Source: Halodesulfurarchaeum sp.
Lineage (GTDB): Archaea > Halobacteriota > Halobacteria > Halobacteriales > Halobacteriaceae
Direction: 5' to 3'
Assembly: GCA_034520565.1 (NCBI GenBank)
Contig: JAXHNL010000002.1
Coordinates: 928,001-992,000, forward strand
Length of the DNA: 64,000 nucleotides
Shown here: in pieces, positions 39,931-49,917 of the stretch
How the letters are laid out: every line of letters begins with the position of its first letter
Position numbering within the stretch: position 1 is the first letter of the stretch
Translations under genes and position numbers: made by a program
Notes under the pieces: generated by a model
Database searches by the model: none
Told to the model about the DNA's origin: nothing
The model's input: only the letters and a program-made list of their open reading frames with translations

Positions 39931-40772
39931 CACAGCTCGGAATGGTCATCGACACGGACTCCTGTTTCGGCTGTCGGGCGTGTCAGGAGGCCTGTAAGGT
40001 CGAGAACAACACCCCGCGCGGGGCGTTCTGGATGCACGTCTTCCGGTACGAGGAGGGCGAGTATCCCGACGTCGACCAGGGCTTTATGCCCCGTCCGTGC
40101 CAGCACTGCTCGGAGCCCTGGTGTGCGAACGTCTGTCCCACCGGTGCGCGGTTCAAGCGCGAGGAAGACGGCATCGTCCTCACGGACTACGACCGGTGTA
40201 TCGGCTGTCGGTACTGCGAGGTCGGCTGTCCCTACGGGGTCAACTACGCGCAGTTCCAGAACGCCGAGAAGGCCCAGTACGGAGTCCCGAACGATACGCC
40301 CCCCGGAGACGGGCACTGGTCGGTCGACCAGGAGTCCGATAAGGTCGACGAGAAAACGCCGTGGCGCAATCCCGTGCACGACGAACCCATCGCCCCGCGC
40401 AACAATCACGCGTCGGGTCCCCAGCCCACCGGCGTCATGAGCAAGTGTACGTTCTGTGTCCACCGGCAGGACTCCGAGGATAAACAGGGAACGACCGCCT
40501 GTGCGGAGACCTGTGCCGCCGATGCGATCAAGTTCGGCGACATGGACGACCCGAACAGCGAACCGAGGAAGTACCTGCGGGAGAATCAGGGAAAATCCCG
40601 GTTCAAACTCCTCGAGGACCGGGGGACAGAGCCGAACATCGTCTATCTGGGACACGAGCCGTCGAAAGAGGCCCGCCCGATCGAGGACTCTGACACGTTC
40701 AAAGACCCGGAAGAAGCGATCGAGATCGAACAGCATCCGCCCGACTCACGCGAGACGGAGGTGGGTCAATGA
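39927..40772 (+). CDS. dmsB: 4Fe-4S electron-transfer subunit
   Basis: CFGCRACQEAC, CQHCSEPWCANVCP, CIGCRYCEVGCP, KCTFC...C...C. Confidence 0.92.
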   Translation: MTQLGMVIDTDSCFGCRACQEACKVENNTPRGAFWMHVFRYEEGEYPDVDQGFMPRPCQHCSEPWCANVCPTGARFKREEDGIVLTDYDRCIGCRYCEVGCPYGVNYAQFQNAEKAQYGVPNDTPPGDGHWSVDQESDKVDEKTPWRNPVHDEPIAPRNNHASGPQPTGVMSKCTFCVHRQDSEDKQGTTACAETCAADAIKFGDMDDPNSEPRKYLRENQGKSRFKLLEDRGTEPNIVYLGHEPSKEARPIEDSDTFKDPEEAIEIEQHPPDSRETEVGQ

Positions 40773-42058
40773 GCACTCAAACGCCCGCGGAGATGGAGAA
40801 GTTCCTCGTCCTGCTCGACCGACCGAGCGGACGGTTCCTGGGCGCAATGCTCCTCGCGGCGATCGTGGCGATTGCCGGCATCGCCGTGTGGCTCATGGAA
40901 GTCAGCGGTGCACACCTCTCGAACCTCGGCAACTGGGGGACTGCCGGCCAGGTGCCGTGGGGACTGGACATCGGCGTTTTCGACTGGTGGACCGGAATGG
41001 CCATCGGGGCGTTGGTGCTTTCGGGACTGATCCGGATCCTCCGTGCGGACGGATACCTTGGATTCGCCCGAATCGCCGAATTCCTCGCACCGCTCGGGTT
41101 CCTCGGTGGATTCCTGCATATCCTCTTCGACATGGGACGACCCGCACGCGTCTTGAACACGGTCATCCACGTCCAGGTCCAGTCACCGCTGTTCTGGGAC
41201 ATCGTCCTCATCGGCGGTCTCGTCGTGCTCTCTCTGGTGTACCTGTTTGCAACCGTCCGTCAGGATCTCGGCCATCTCGTCGCTGACGGCGTCCTCGAGG
41301 ATAGCGGCCTCCACGGGCTGCTCGCCGGATCCGGATCGAAGACGGACGGGGGACGGATCGTCTGGTGGTTGGCTGCGATTATCCTGGCGTTCATTCCGGT
41401 GGTTGGCGGTGGTCTGGTCCCATGGGTCTGGAGCCAAATCGGGATGAGCATGAACTGGTTCGGTGCGGTCCAGGGACCGACCTTCCTGCTCATGAGTCTG
41501 GCAACGGGATTCACCGCCGTCCTGTTCGTCGGAAGCGTGCTCCGGGCCATCTACGGGTGGTCGGACGTCTTCTCGAACCAGCGGCTCATGTTGTTGGGTG
41601 GGGTTACCGCAGGCGTGGGCTTTTTCTACCTCGTCGCGACGCTGTTCGAGATCCAGAGTGGTTCGTTCGCGCCAGTCATGGCCCCACCGGACATCGGAAC
41701 ACTCCTGGTCCCACACGGGGCCGGTACCATCCTGCTCCTTGCAGTGGTGGCCATCGCCATCCCGGCCATCGTCCTCGGCATGCAGATCGTGTTACAATCG
41801 TTCAACAACACGACCACACTCGTCGCGACCCTGATCTTGCTCCTGGGAGTGCTCTCCATGGAGGCCATTCTCGTGGTCGTTGGCCTGTCCCACTCCGAGC
41901 TGCTGTACCCCGTCGGGGAATACGTCCCGTCGCTCGCCGAGTGGGTCCGGGTCGCAGGCACCATCTCGCTCGTGGCCTTCGGGTTCATGGTACTTTCGGC
42001 ACTGCTCCCGCTGATCCCGATCCGGACAGATATGGCGGCCGAATCCGACTCGAACTGA
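40769..42058 (+). CDS. dmsC: NrfD/PsrC-family membrane anchor
   Basis: VPWGLDI, DMGRPARV, SPLFWDI; about ten TM helices. Confidence 0.88.
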   Translation: MSTQTPAEMEKFLVLLDRPSGRFLGAMLLAAIVAIAGIAVWLMEVSGAHLSNLGNWGTAGQVPWGLDIGVFDWWTGMAIGALVLSGLIRILRADGYLGFARIAEFLAPLGFLGGFLHILFDMGRPARVLNTVIHVQVQSPLFWDIVLIGGLVVLSLVYLFATVRQDLGHLVADGVLEDSGLHGLLAGSGSKTDGGRIVWWLAAIILAFIPVVGGGLVPWVWSQIGMSMNWFGAVQGPTFLLMSLATGFTAVLFVGSVLRAIYGWSDVFSNQRLMLLGGVTAGVGFFYLVATLFEIQSGSFAPVMAPPDIGTLLVPHGAGTILLLAVVAIAIPAIVLGMQIVLQSFNNTTTLVATLILLLGVLSMEAILVVVGLSHSELLYPVGEYVPSLAEWVRVAGTISLVAFGFMVLSALLPLIPIRTDMAAESDSN

Positions 42059-42109
42059 CAACCAGACCAAACGGACTATCGGTCTGGACCGGACTTCACT
42101 AACTACCTG

Positions 42110-42742
42110 ATGGCAGAAATGAGCGAAGACGAAACAGGGCGCGTGTACCGCATTCTGGCAGCGGCGTATCTGGAGCCCCCGACCGAAGAGTGGGTATCGG
42201 ACATGAGCCGGTGGGCCGAATCGTGGCTCGAATCGGATGCCGATTCGCTCACCGCCGACGTAGCCGGGCCGCTCGAAACGATACGCGAGACGGAATCCGA
42301 CGAAATCGAGACGTTCAACGCGGAGTTTACGCGATTGTTCCGTGGTTCGACGAACCACTCGGCTCCGGATCCACCGTATGAATCACTCTACATGGACGGG
42401 GCGATTTACGGGCAATCGACGACCGCCGTTCGAAACGCCTACAGAAATGCCGGCTTCGACATCGAGGACGAGGACCGTCGGGAGCCTGCAGATCACCTCG
42501 GCATCGAACTGGAATTCCTCGGCGAACTCCGGTCGCGGGAAGCCGCCGGCGACGAGGAGGCTGCCGCGTTACAGCGCGCGTTCATCGACGGACATCTCGG
42601 CCGGTGGATCGGCGACTTCGAGGACGAAGTCATGGCCGCCGATCCCGTGCCGTTCTACGGTGCAGTACTCGAGCTGACGACCTCCCTGATCGAGGCAGAA
42701 TCCCAGCGGCTCGATGGAGTGACTTCGGGAGAGAGCAACTAA
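42110..42742 (+). CDS. dmsD: TorD/DmsD-family maturation chaperone
   Basis: FTRLF, PPYESLY, EPADHLGIELEF, FIDGHLGRW. Confidence 0.92.
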   Translation: MAEMSEDETGRVYRILAAAYLEPPTEEWVSDMSRWAESWLESDADSLTADVAGPLETIRETESDEIETFNAEFTRLFRGSTNHSAPDPPYESLYMDGAIYGQSTTAVRNAYRNAGFDIEDEDRREPADHLGIELEFLGELRSREAAGDEEAAALQRAFIDGHLGRWIGDFEDEVMAADPVPFYGAVLELTTSLIEAESQRLDGVTSGESN

Positions 42743-42971
42743 CGGCGACCGCTCGGTCGCTCCACTGGCACTCGGCCGTTCCGTGCCGAGTTTCGAGCGG
42801 ACACCGAACAATCGGGAGTGGCGGGGAGATGAGTCATCTGTACCGATGACCTCATTTCCATGTTACCAATCGCTTTTCCCGACGAGCCCGAACCAGCAGG
42901 AACGACTGAACGCCGCCGAGCCCGACGACAGCTATTAAAGCGGCCCATTCGTCTTTCGAACTGACACGAAC

Positions 42972-44234
42972 ATGGAGGACACGGCGAAATATCTCATCCA
43001 CGCGGACTTCGTTGCGGACGGCGTCATCGAGCGCAGCGACGTCGTCGGGGCCGTCTTCGGCCAGACAGAGGGGCTCCTGGGTGACGAACTCGAACTCCGT
43101 GACCTCCAGGACTCGGCCAAACTCGGCCGCATCGACGTCGAAGTCGAGAGCACCGGGGGCCAGTCACGCGGAACGATCACGATCGCGAGTAGCCTCGACC
43201 GGGTCGAGACCGCGACGCTCGCCGCGGCACTCGAGGCGATCGAACGGATCGGCCCGAGTCAGGCCGCAGTGGAGGTCCAGCGCATCGAGGACGTCCGGGC
43301 CGCAAAGCGGCGTGAGGTCGTCGAACGGGCGAAAGAACTCCTCGCGACGGCCTTCGACGAACAGGTGATGGACAGCCGGGCCATCCTCGAGGAGGTCCGG
43401 GAGTCCATCCGAGTCGAGGACATCATCGAGTACGAGGGCCTCCCGGCCGGGCCCCGTGTCGGGGAGAGCGACGCGGTCATCGTTGTCGAGGGCCGGGCCG
43501 ACGTCCGGAACCTCCTGCGCTACGGGATCAAGAACGCGATCGCCGTCGAAGGGACGGACATCCCCGAGCCGGTCGCCGATCTCACGCGGGACCGAACTGC
43601 CACGGCGTTTCTGGACGGCGACCGCGGCGGCGAACTCATCCGGGAGGAGCTCATGCAGGTCGGCGATCTCGATTACGTTGCCCTCTCCCCGCGGGGCCGC
43701 TCCGTCGAGGACCTCTCCCGAAACGAGGTCCATACAGCCCTCCGGGAGAAGGTTCCGGTCGAAGCACTCGAGGCGAACCAGGCGGCCGATGGGGAGGACC
43801 CACCCGTTTCGAGAGCGACCAGCTCGCAGTCGAGCGCGGACGGTGGCGGCGCCGTCGCAGTCACCGCCGAGACGTCCGCAACCACCGCGACCGAAGCACC
43901 TGCGAGCGACCAGACGGGGCCCGAGGAACCCGCCACCGAAACATCCGAAGCTCCCACGCTGGCCGAACACGTCGAAGCCGTCACCGGGAGCGAAACGGTT
44001 CGGATCCTGGACGACGGGGCGGCGCTTCTCGCGTCAGGGGACGCTTCCGAGGCCCGCTCGCTGCTTGCCGACGCCGACATGGAGGCACGAACCGTCGTCA
44101 TCGACGGGGTCGTCTCGCAGAAACTCCTCGATCTGGCCGCCGAACGGGGTCTCTCGACGATCTACGCCAGCGAACGCGGGGCCATCGTGAAACAGCCCGC
44201 GTCGGTTCGGATCCGCTCACTCGAGGAGCGCTGA
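42972..44234 (+). CDS. dnaG: Archaeal DnaG-type primase / exosome-associated protein
   Basis: [28 protein letters not shown]; [22 protein letters not shown]. Confidence 0.96.
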   Translation: MEDTAKYLIHADFVADGVIERSDVVGAVFGQTEGLLGDELELRDLQDSAKLGRIDVEVESTGGQSRGTITIASSLDRVETATLAAALEAIERIGPSQAAVEVQRIEDVRAAKRREVVERAKELLATAFDEQVMDSRAILEEVRESIRVEDIIEYEGLPAGPRVGESDAVIVVEGRADVRNLLRYGIKNAIAVEGTDIPEPVADLTRDRTATAFLDGDRGGELIREELMQVGDLDYVALSPRGRSVEDLSRNEVHTALREKVPVEALEANQAADGEDPPVSRATSSQSSADGGGAVAVTAETSATTATEAPASDQTGPEEPATETSEAPTLAEHVEAVTGSETVRILDDGAALLASGDASEARSLLADADMEARTVVIDGVVSQKLLDLAAERGLSTIYASERGAIVKQPASVRIRSLEER

Positions 44235-44271
44235 ATCCGGTCGGACCTCGTTTCGACGGCCAGACGGGCGT

Positions 44272-45597
44272 TCACACCACGAGCAGTGACACGAGCGCCC
44301 CGGCAACTCCACCGGCGCTCGTCGCGATGAAGTTCACGGCCTGGTTGCCCACGTACTCCCCCTCGATCGTCGCGCCGGCAATGCTGTCGACTGTCATGCC
44401 GAGGAGTCCGCCGATGACGACGACCGTCACTCCGATCGGCGAAATCGGGAGGGCCGCAACGGCCAACAAACCGATGAGTGCAGCCCCGGCGGCGCCGGCG
44501 AGTTCCCCCTGCCAGGTCACGGCCCCGTCAGTCCCCGGCGCGACCCGCTCGAAGGTGGTGAGGAGTCGTGGGTCGTCGTACAGTCCGCCGATTTCGCTCG
44601 AAAGCGTGTCCGCGAGTGCGGTCGCCACGCTTCCCGCAAAGGCATAGACCAGCACCACACTCGAGACCGGCAGGCGAGGGTGAGCGGCGAAGAAGAGCAG
44701 GGCGACCAGCGCGGCCAGGGAGTTCCCCAGGACGTTGCCGGTGCCCCGGGCCCCTTCGTTGGCCTCGGCGACCCCGCGCTCGACCTTCTTTCCGTACCGG
44801 TACTTCGTGGCGAGCCCGCCGATGCCGAAGAAGGCGATCAGGACGACGAACCAGCCGTAGCCGCCGAGTACCACCGCCAGAAGCGAGAGGAACACCCCGG
44901 TGAGCATCCCCGGAATCGACGCCGTTTCGAGGGAGATCGAGAGCCAGCCAAAGAGGAAGGAGACCAAGAGGGCGACGAAGACCGGCGTCCAGGAAACGCC
45001 GACGGCGAGGTCGAACAGCAGCCAGAGGAGCAACGTCCCGAATCCGAGCACCAGCGGATCGTTCCGGGCGACGAGCACCGATCGGAGCAGGGCCCCCAGG
45101 AACGCCGCGCTTGCGGCGACGAACAGGACGTACGGCGTCAATGCCGCCCCATCCGTCAGCGCCCCCAGGACGAGCTGCCCGAGGATTCCGGCGGCTCCGC
45201 CGGCGAACACGAAGCCGGCGGTCGAGGCGACTGCTCCCCGGCGATTCGTTTCGACGGCCCGTCGCCCGAGGTCTCCGAACCCGATCGTGAGCATCGTCGT
45301 CACGTAGACGGGCGCCGGCAGCTCGACGGCCGGAACGAGTGCGGCCAGGGCCCCGGCCGTGAGCGAAAACGAGATGAGCGTTCGCAGTCGACCGTCCTGC
45401 ACGTCGACGGCGGTCGATAGCACGTCGAAGAGAGTTCCCTCCCGCAGGAGTGACCCGAGTACTGCCACCGCGAGAAAGATCGTTACCGTCCCCCATACCG
45501 AGAACGCGACGGCCAGGGACACCGTGGAAAGTGCCGCAAACGCCGTTGCCCGGGAAAGTGGACGGTTCACGCTCTCGGAGTTTTCGGGCCGGCTCAC
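44272..45597 (-). CDS. DUF92 (TMEM19-like) membrane protein
   Basis: RGTGNVLGN, ADTLSSEIG, PGTDGAVT..G, DS..GAT.EG, NQAVNF. Confidence 0.9.
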   Translation of the reverse strand: MSRPENSESVNRPLSRATAFAALSTVSLAVAFSVWGTVTIFLAVAVLGSLLREGTLFDVLSTAVDVQDGRLRTLISFSLTAGALAALVPAVELPAPVYVTTMLTIGFGDLGRRAVETNRRGAVASTAGFVFAGGAAGILGQLVLGALTDGAALTPYVLFVAASAAFLGALLRSVLVARNDPLVLGFGTLLLWLLFDLAVGVSWTPVFVALLVSFLFGWLSISLETASIPGMLTGVFLSLLAVVLGGYGWFVVLIAFFGIGGLATKYRYGKKVERGVAEANEGARGTGNVLGNSLAALVALLFFAAHPRLPVSSVVLVYAFAGSVATALADTLSSEIGGLYDDPRLLTTFERVAPGTDGAVTWQGELAGAAGAALIGLLAVAALPISPIGVTVVVIGGLLGMTVDSIAGATIEGEYVGNQAVNFIATSAGGVAGALVSLLVV

Positions 45598-45661
45598 TTA
45601 AGAACCTCGAAGCGGGCCGCCCATCCATGCCGGTTTTGTGCCGGGGCGCCCAATTGGGCCT

Positions 45662-46270
45662 GTGGCCCTCTACGACCGCTATCTCGCGTTTCGGGTTCGT
45701 CTCTCCCCGGGGCAACCGCCGGCCCACGTCGCGCTGGTCATCACCGAGCGGGATCTGCTGGAGCGAGGGGCCTACGGGAGCCTCGAACGCTTCGTCGAGC
45801 TGGCCTTCGAGGTCGGGGCCGAGCGGGTGACGGTCTACGTGAGCGTGCTCGACGCGGCGGTCCTCGAGACCGTCGAGCGATCGGTTCGCCAACTCGACTT
45901 CCCCCGCGAGGTGGCCATCCGTGACCCGCGGACGCCGGAACCCGGAGCGGCCCCGATCCAGATCAATCTCGGGTTCGGCGGCAAAGAGGAGTTCGCGACT
46001 GCCGTGCGGTCGATCGCCGAGGCGGTCGAGGCAGGCGAACTCGATCCGGATTCGATCACCGAAGCCGACATCGAGAACCGGCTGGTGTTCGCCGACGAGC
46101 CGGATCTGGTCATCAAGACCGGCGAGGAGCGGCTCTCGGATTTCATGATCTGGCAGTCGGTGTACTCGGAGCTGTACTTCACCGACGTCAACTGGCGGGA
46201 CTTCCGGGATCGGGAGTTCCTCCGTGCGGTCCTCGAGTACAAGCAGCGAACGCGACGGTTCGGCCAGTAA
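45662..46270 (+). CDS. cis-prenyltransferase-like protein (UppS paralogue lacking the catalytic DGN motif)
   Basis: HVALVITERDL, PDLVIKTGEERLSDFMIWQSVYSELYF, C-terminal RRFG; start placed at GTG 45662. Confidence 0.85.
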   Translation: MALYDRYLAFRVRLSPGQPPAHVALVITERDLLERGAYGSLERFVELAFEVGAERVTVYVSVLDAAVLETVERSVRQLDFPREVAIRDPRTPEPGAAPIQINLGFGGKEEFATAVRSIAEAVEAGELDPDSITEADIENRLVFADEPDLVIKTGEERLSDFMIWQSVYSELYFTDVNWRDFRDREFLRAVLEYKQRTRRFGQ

Positions 46271-46309
46271 TCCTTCGAACTTTTTGTCCTGTCGCTCATC
46301 GGGGGCGGT

Positions 46310-48739
46310 ATGGCAGTCGATCGATCCGGGACGGACGGCGGCACCCCAAACGAGGCCCCGTCTACCGACTCGGCTCAGGTCGAGACGGAACTCTCGCGGG
46401 ACATGTCCCTTTTCGACATCACCTTCATCGGGGTGGGCGCGATGATCGGGGCCGGGGTCTTCGCACTCACCGGGTTCGCCGCCGGGCTCGCCGGTCCCGC
46501 ACTGATCCTGGCCTTCTTTTTGAACGGCGTCGTCGCCCTCTTTACGGCGGTTTCCTACGCCGAACTGGGTGCCGCATTTCCCGAAGCGGGCGGGGGATAC
46601 CTCTGGGTGAAGGAGGCCCTGGCCGATCCGAACGGGTTCTATGCCGGCTGGATGAGCTGGTTCGCCCACGCGGTGGCCTGTGCCCTGTACGCGGTCACCT
46701 TCGGCGTCTTCCTCACGGAGTTTCTCGTTTACGGGGGCGTCCTCGCCCCGGACTTCCACCTCCTCGGCTTCGTCGGGCGGGAACTCCTCGACAAGGTGCT
46801 GGCCGTCCTGATGGTCGGGTTTTTCGCCTTCATCAACTACCGTGGGGCCGAGGAGACCGGGAAAGCCGGGATCGTCGTCACCGTGATCAAGGTCGCGATT
46901 CTGGGCGTGTTCGTCGCGTTCGGGATCCTCGCCACCGTTCAGACCCCGGACTGGCCCCAGAAGTTCCTCGCCAATCCGGGCTTTGCGCCGAACGGGGTCG
47001 TCGGCATCGTCGGCGCGATGGGCTTTACGTTCATCGCCTTCGAGGGCTATGAGATCATCGTCCAGTCCGGCGAGGAGGTCGTCGATCCGGGTCGAAACAT
47101 CCCGAAAGCGGTCTTTTATTCCCTGTTGATCGTCGTGCCGATCTACGTTCTCGTCGCCTTCGCGGCCATCGGCGGAATCGAGGCCCTCCCCGCCGTCGCC
47201 GCGCAGGCCGGGCTCCCGGTGGACGCCCCGACGTGGCAACTCCTGGGAAACCTCGGCGAACTCGGCATCATCGAGGCGGCCGGACAGTTCGTCCCCTACG
47301 GAGTTCCGCTGTTGCTCGTCGCCGGGTTGGCCGCGACGATGAGCGCGCTCAACGCGACGATCTACTCTTCCTCCCGGGTGGCCTTCGCGATGGGTCGCGA
47401 CCGCTCGTTGCCGTCGGCTTTCAGCCGGGTTCACGCGGAGAAGCGAACGCCCCACGTGGCAATCGTGCTCTCTGCGGTGCTGATCGCGGCGATGTCGGCC
47501 ATTCTTCCGATCGAGGCCGTCGCGGCCTCGGCGGACATCATGTTCATCCTGCTGTTCGTGCAGGTCAACTGGACGGTCATCACGATGCGGAAGACCCACT
47601 CCGACCTCGATCGGACGTTTCTGGTCCCGTACATGCCGTGGCCGCCGTTGATCGGGATCGCGCTGTTGGTCCTGTTGACGCCGTTTCTCCTCTCTTCGCT
47701 GGGGCTGCAGATCGGACTGGGTCCCGACTCGCATGGCTTCATCGCGCTCGTGGCGACGGCCATCTGGATGGTGATGGGCCTCTTGCTCTACTACGGCTAC
47801 TCCGAGCCACAGGAGGAAGCAAAGCTGGAGGAAGAGGCCCCGACGGTCGTGGCCGAACAGGCCCCGGCCGAGGAGATGGCCGAACGGGAGGGGCTGATTC
47901 TGGTCCCGATCGCGAACCCCGAGACCGTCGAGCAGTTGCTTCGAACGGCTCTGGACCTCGCCGAGGAACGAAACGCCACAGTCGAGGTGGTCAACGTGGT
48001 CGACATTCCAAAACAGACCCCGGTTTCGGAGGGGCGGCGCTTCGTCGACGACGAACGGCAGATTATCGAGGACGCCCTGGCTTTTGCGGCCGAGACGGCC
48101 CCGGAGGTTCCGGTGAGCGCCAAGATTCGCATCGGGCACGACGTGGCCAAAGCCATTCGCAATACGATCGAGCAGGACGAGGCCGATCTGGTCCTGCTGG
48201 GGTGGCGTGGCCGGGGTCGCCGTCGGGATTACGTCCTCGGGAGTAACGTCGACCGGGTGGTGAAAGACGCCAGGTGTGACGTGCTCGTCGAGCGAATCGG
48301 GCCCGCGGACGGGGCGGTCGACTCGATTCTCTTACCGACAGCCGGCGGTCTCCATGCGGAACTCTCGACCGAGGTTGCCGGGGCCATCGCGGCGCGGAAC
48401 GACGCCACGGTCGAGCTGCTTTACGTGCGGTCGGGCGAACCGGATCAGGACGCCGCCGCCCAGGAGATCCTCGACTCGGCGGCCGCAGCGCTACCGGACG
48501 TCGAGACCACGACGACCATTCGCGACGAGCCGAGCATCGCTGACGCGATCGTCGACGTGTCGGCCGACCACGACCTCACGGTCGTCGGTGCGGCCGGCGA
48601 GGGCCTGCTCAAACAACTCGTCTTCGGAGCGATCCCGGAGGACGTGGGCCGGCGGGCCGAAAGCACTGTCATTATGGCGAAACGCGACCTCGGCATCACC
48701 TCCTGGGTGACCCGGTGGTTTCGGGGCCGTCGGTCGTGA
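46310..48739 (+). CDS. APC amino-acid permease with two C-terminal USP domains
   Basis: GVGAMIGAGVF, YAELGAAFPEAGGGY, FIAFEGYE; ILVPIANP and ILLPTAGG USP-like domains. Confidence 0.92.
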   Translation: MAVDRSGTDGGTPNEAPSTDSAQVETELSRDMSLFDITFIGVGAMIGAGVFALTGFAAGLAGPALILAFFLNGVVALFTAVSYAELGAAFPEAGGGYLWVKEALADPNGFYAGWMSWFAHAVACALYAVTFGVFLTEFLVYGGVLAPDFHLLGFVGRELLDKVLAVLMVGFFAFINYRGAEETGKAGIVVTVIKVAILGVFVAFGILATVQTPDWPQKFLANPGFAPNGVVGIVGAMGFTFIAFEGYEIIVQSGEEVVDPGRNIPKAVFYSLLIVVPIYVLVAFAAIGGIEALPAVAAQAGLPVDAPTWQLLGNLGELGIIEAAGQFVPYGVPLLLVAGLAATMSALNATIYSSSRVAFAMGRDRSLPSAFSRVHAEKRTPHVAIVLSAVLIAAMSAILPIEAVAASADIMFILLFVQVNWTVITMRKTHSDLDRTFLVPYMPWPPLIGIALLVLLTPFLLSSLGLQIGLGPDSHGFIALVATAIWMVMGLLLYYGYSEPQEEAKLEEEAPTVVAEQAPAEEMAEREGLILVPIANPETVEQLLRTALDLAEERNATVEVVNVVDIPKQTPVSEGRRFVDDERQIIEDALAFAAETAPEVPVSAKIRIGHDVAKAIRNTIEQDEADLVLLGWRGRGRRRDYVLGSNVDRVVKDARCDVLVERIGPADGAVDSILLPTAGGLHAELSTEVAGAIAARNDATVELLYVRSGEPDQDAAAQEILDSAAAALPDVETTTTIRDEPSIADAIVDVSADHDLTVVGAAGEGLLKQLVFGAIPEDVGRRAESTVIMAKRDLGITSWVTRWFRGRRS

Positions 48740-48741
48740 TC

Positions 48742-49818
48742 TTAGAACAGGCTATCCAGCTCGTCGGTCTCGAAGGCAGTCTTCCGGTCCGGCCCGGTGT
48801 CAACCGTCTCGGCTGCCTCGCGGGCACGGTCCATGAAGGACGTGAGGCGGGGCGAGCCGGCGATCCCCGAGAGGACCACGATGACCGCGATCCGCTCGCC
48901 CGAGAGCGGGAAATCACCACCTCTGACCAGCATACTCCCCGTTTCCTCCTCGACCCACTTTCGGGCGCGCTCGACACCCTTCCGCGAGAGTCGTTCCGGG
49001 TCGCCGGCGACGATCACGAGTGCCGACTCCGCCGTCGTCGTCTCGGGGACGCTCATGTCGGTCAACAGCGCCCGCCGGGCCGTACTTGTAATCACGTTCA
49101 CATTTTCGCCGGGATCCGGGGAGGCGTCCGCGGCGGCGTAGCCGATCGCAGCCATCGACCCCTCCTTGAGCGTGTTGATCACCTCGCTCGAATCGACGAC
49201 CGATTCGCCCACTCCTTCGACGGCCTCGCCGGCGGCGAGTACCAGCCCGAACCGCCGGGCGATCCGATCGTTGATGGCCCCGAAGGACTCGGCGACGGAC
49301 TCGCCGGTCTGGCGCCAGGCGTCGTTTTCGACGAGCACCAGCGAGTCGGTCTCCCGGGCAAACGTCTGGAGCGACTGGCCGGCGTTTTGCAGGTAGATCC
49401 CTCCCTCGTCCCGGCCCGGCAGAATGCCGAGTCCGTAGACCGGTTTGTCGTAGAGTCTGCGGAGTTCCCTCGCGAGCACCGGCGCGCCGCCGCTCCCGGT
49501 GCCGCCGCCGAGCCCGGCGACCAACACGATCGCTTCCGTTTCCGGCTGGACGATACCGTCGAGCCCCGCGAGCACCTCGCCGACGTCGGCCTGCATGATC
49601 GACGCTCCGAGTTCGTTGTCCCCGCCGACCCCGTGGCCGCTGACGCGATCACCCCCGATCAGCATCGTCTTCGCGTCGAGTCCCTGGAGGTCGGCACGCG
49701 CGGTGTTCACGGCCAGGACGCCGCGAACGGCGTCGTAGCCGGCCTGGCGGTCGGCGTCCCGGATCGCTTCGGCGACGCGGCCCCCGGCCTGTCCGAGTCC
49801 GATCAGGGCGGCTTTCAT
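48742..49818 (-). CDS. cetZ: CetZ tubulin/FtsZ-superfamily GTPase
   Basis: MKAALIGLGQAGG, AVNTA..DL, GVGGDNELGA, AGLGGGTGSGG, VVDSSEVINTL. Confidence 0.88.
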   Translation of the reverse strand: MKAALIGLGQAGGRVAEAIRDADRQAGYDAVRGVLAVNTARADLQGLDAKTMLIGGDRVSGHGVGGDNELGASIMQADVGEVLAGLDGIVQPETEAIVLVAGLGGGTGSGGAPVLARELRRLYDKPVYGLGILPGRDEGGIYLQNAGQSLQTFARETDSLVLVENDAWRQTGESVAESFGAINDRIARRFGLVLAAGEAVEGVGESVVDSSEVINTLKEGSMAAIGYAAADASPDPGENVNVITSTARRALLTDMSVPETTTAESALVIVAGDPERLSRKGVERARKWVEEETGSMLVRGGDFPLSGERIAVIVVLSGIAGSPRLTSFMDRAREAAETVDTGPDRKTAFETDELDSLF

Positions 49819-49917
49819 AGGTGAGTACTCGCAGGGTCGTGACAATAACGTTGGGTACCATTAGTTGATTGCCGGATCTTTCCCGGTACAGCCCGTCTCA
49901 ACGCCAGGGCGGCACGG

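Noticed and set aside
44528-48139. 1203-aa antisense ORF, and similar long ORFs at 28943-31510, 37036-39933, 50077-52113 and 1025-2587
   Set aside because: Shadow frames of well-supported genes in GC-rich DNA; Arg/Gly/Leu-rich with no motifs
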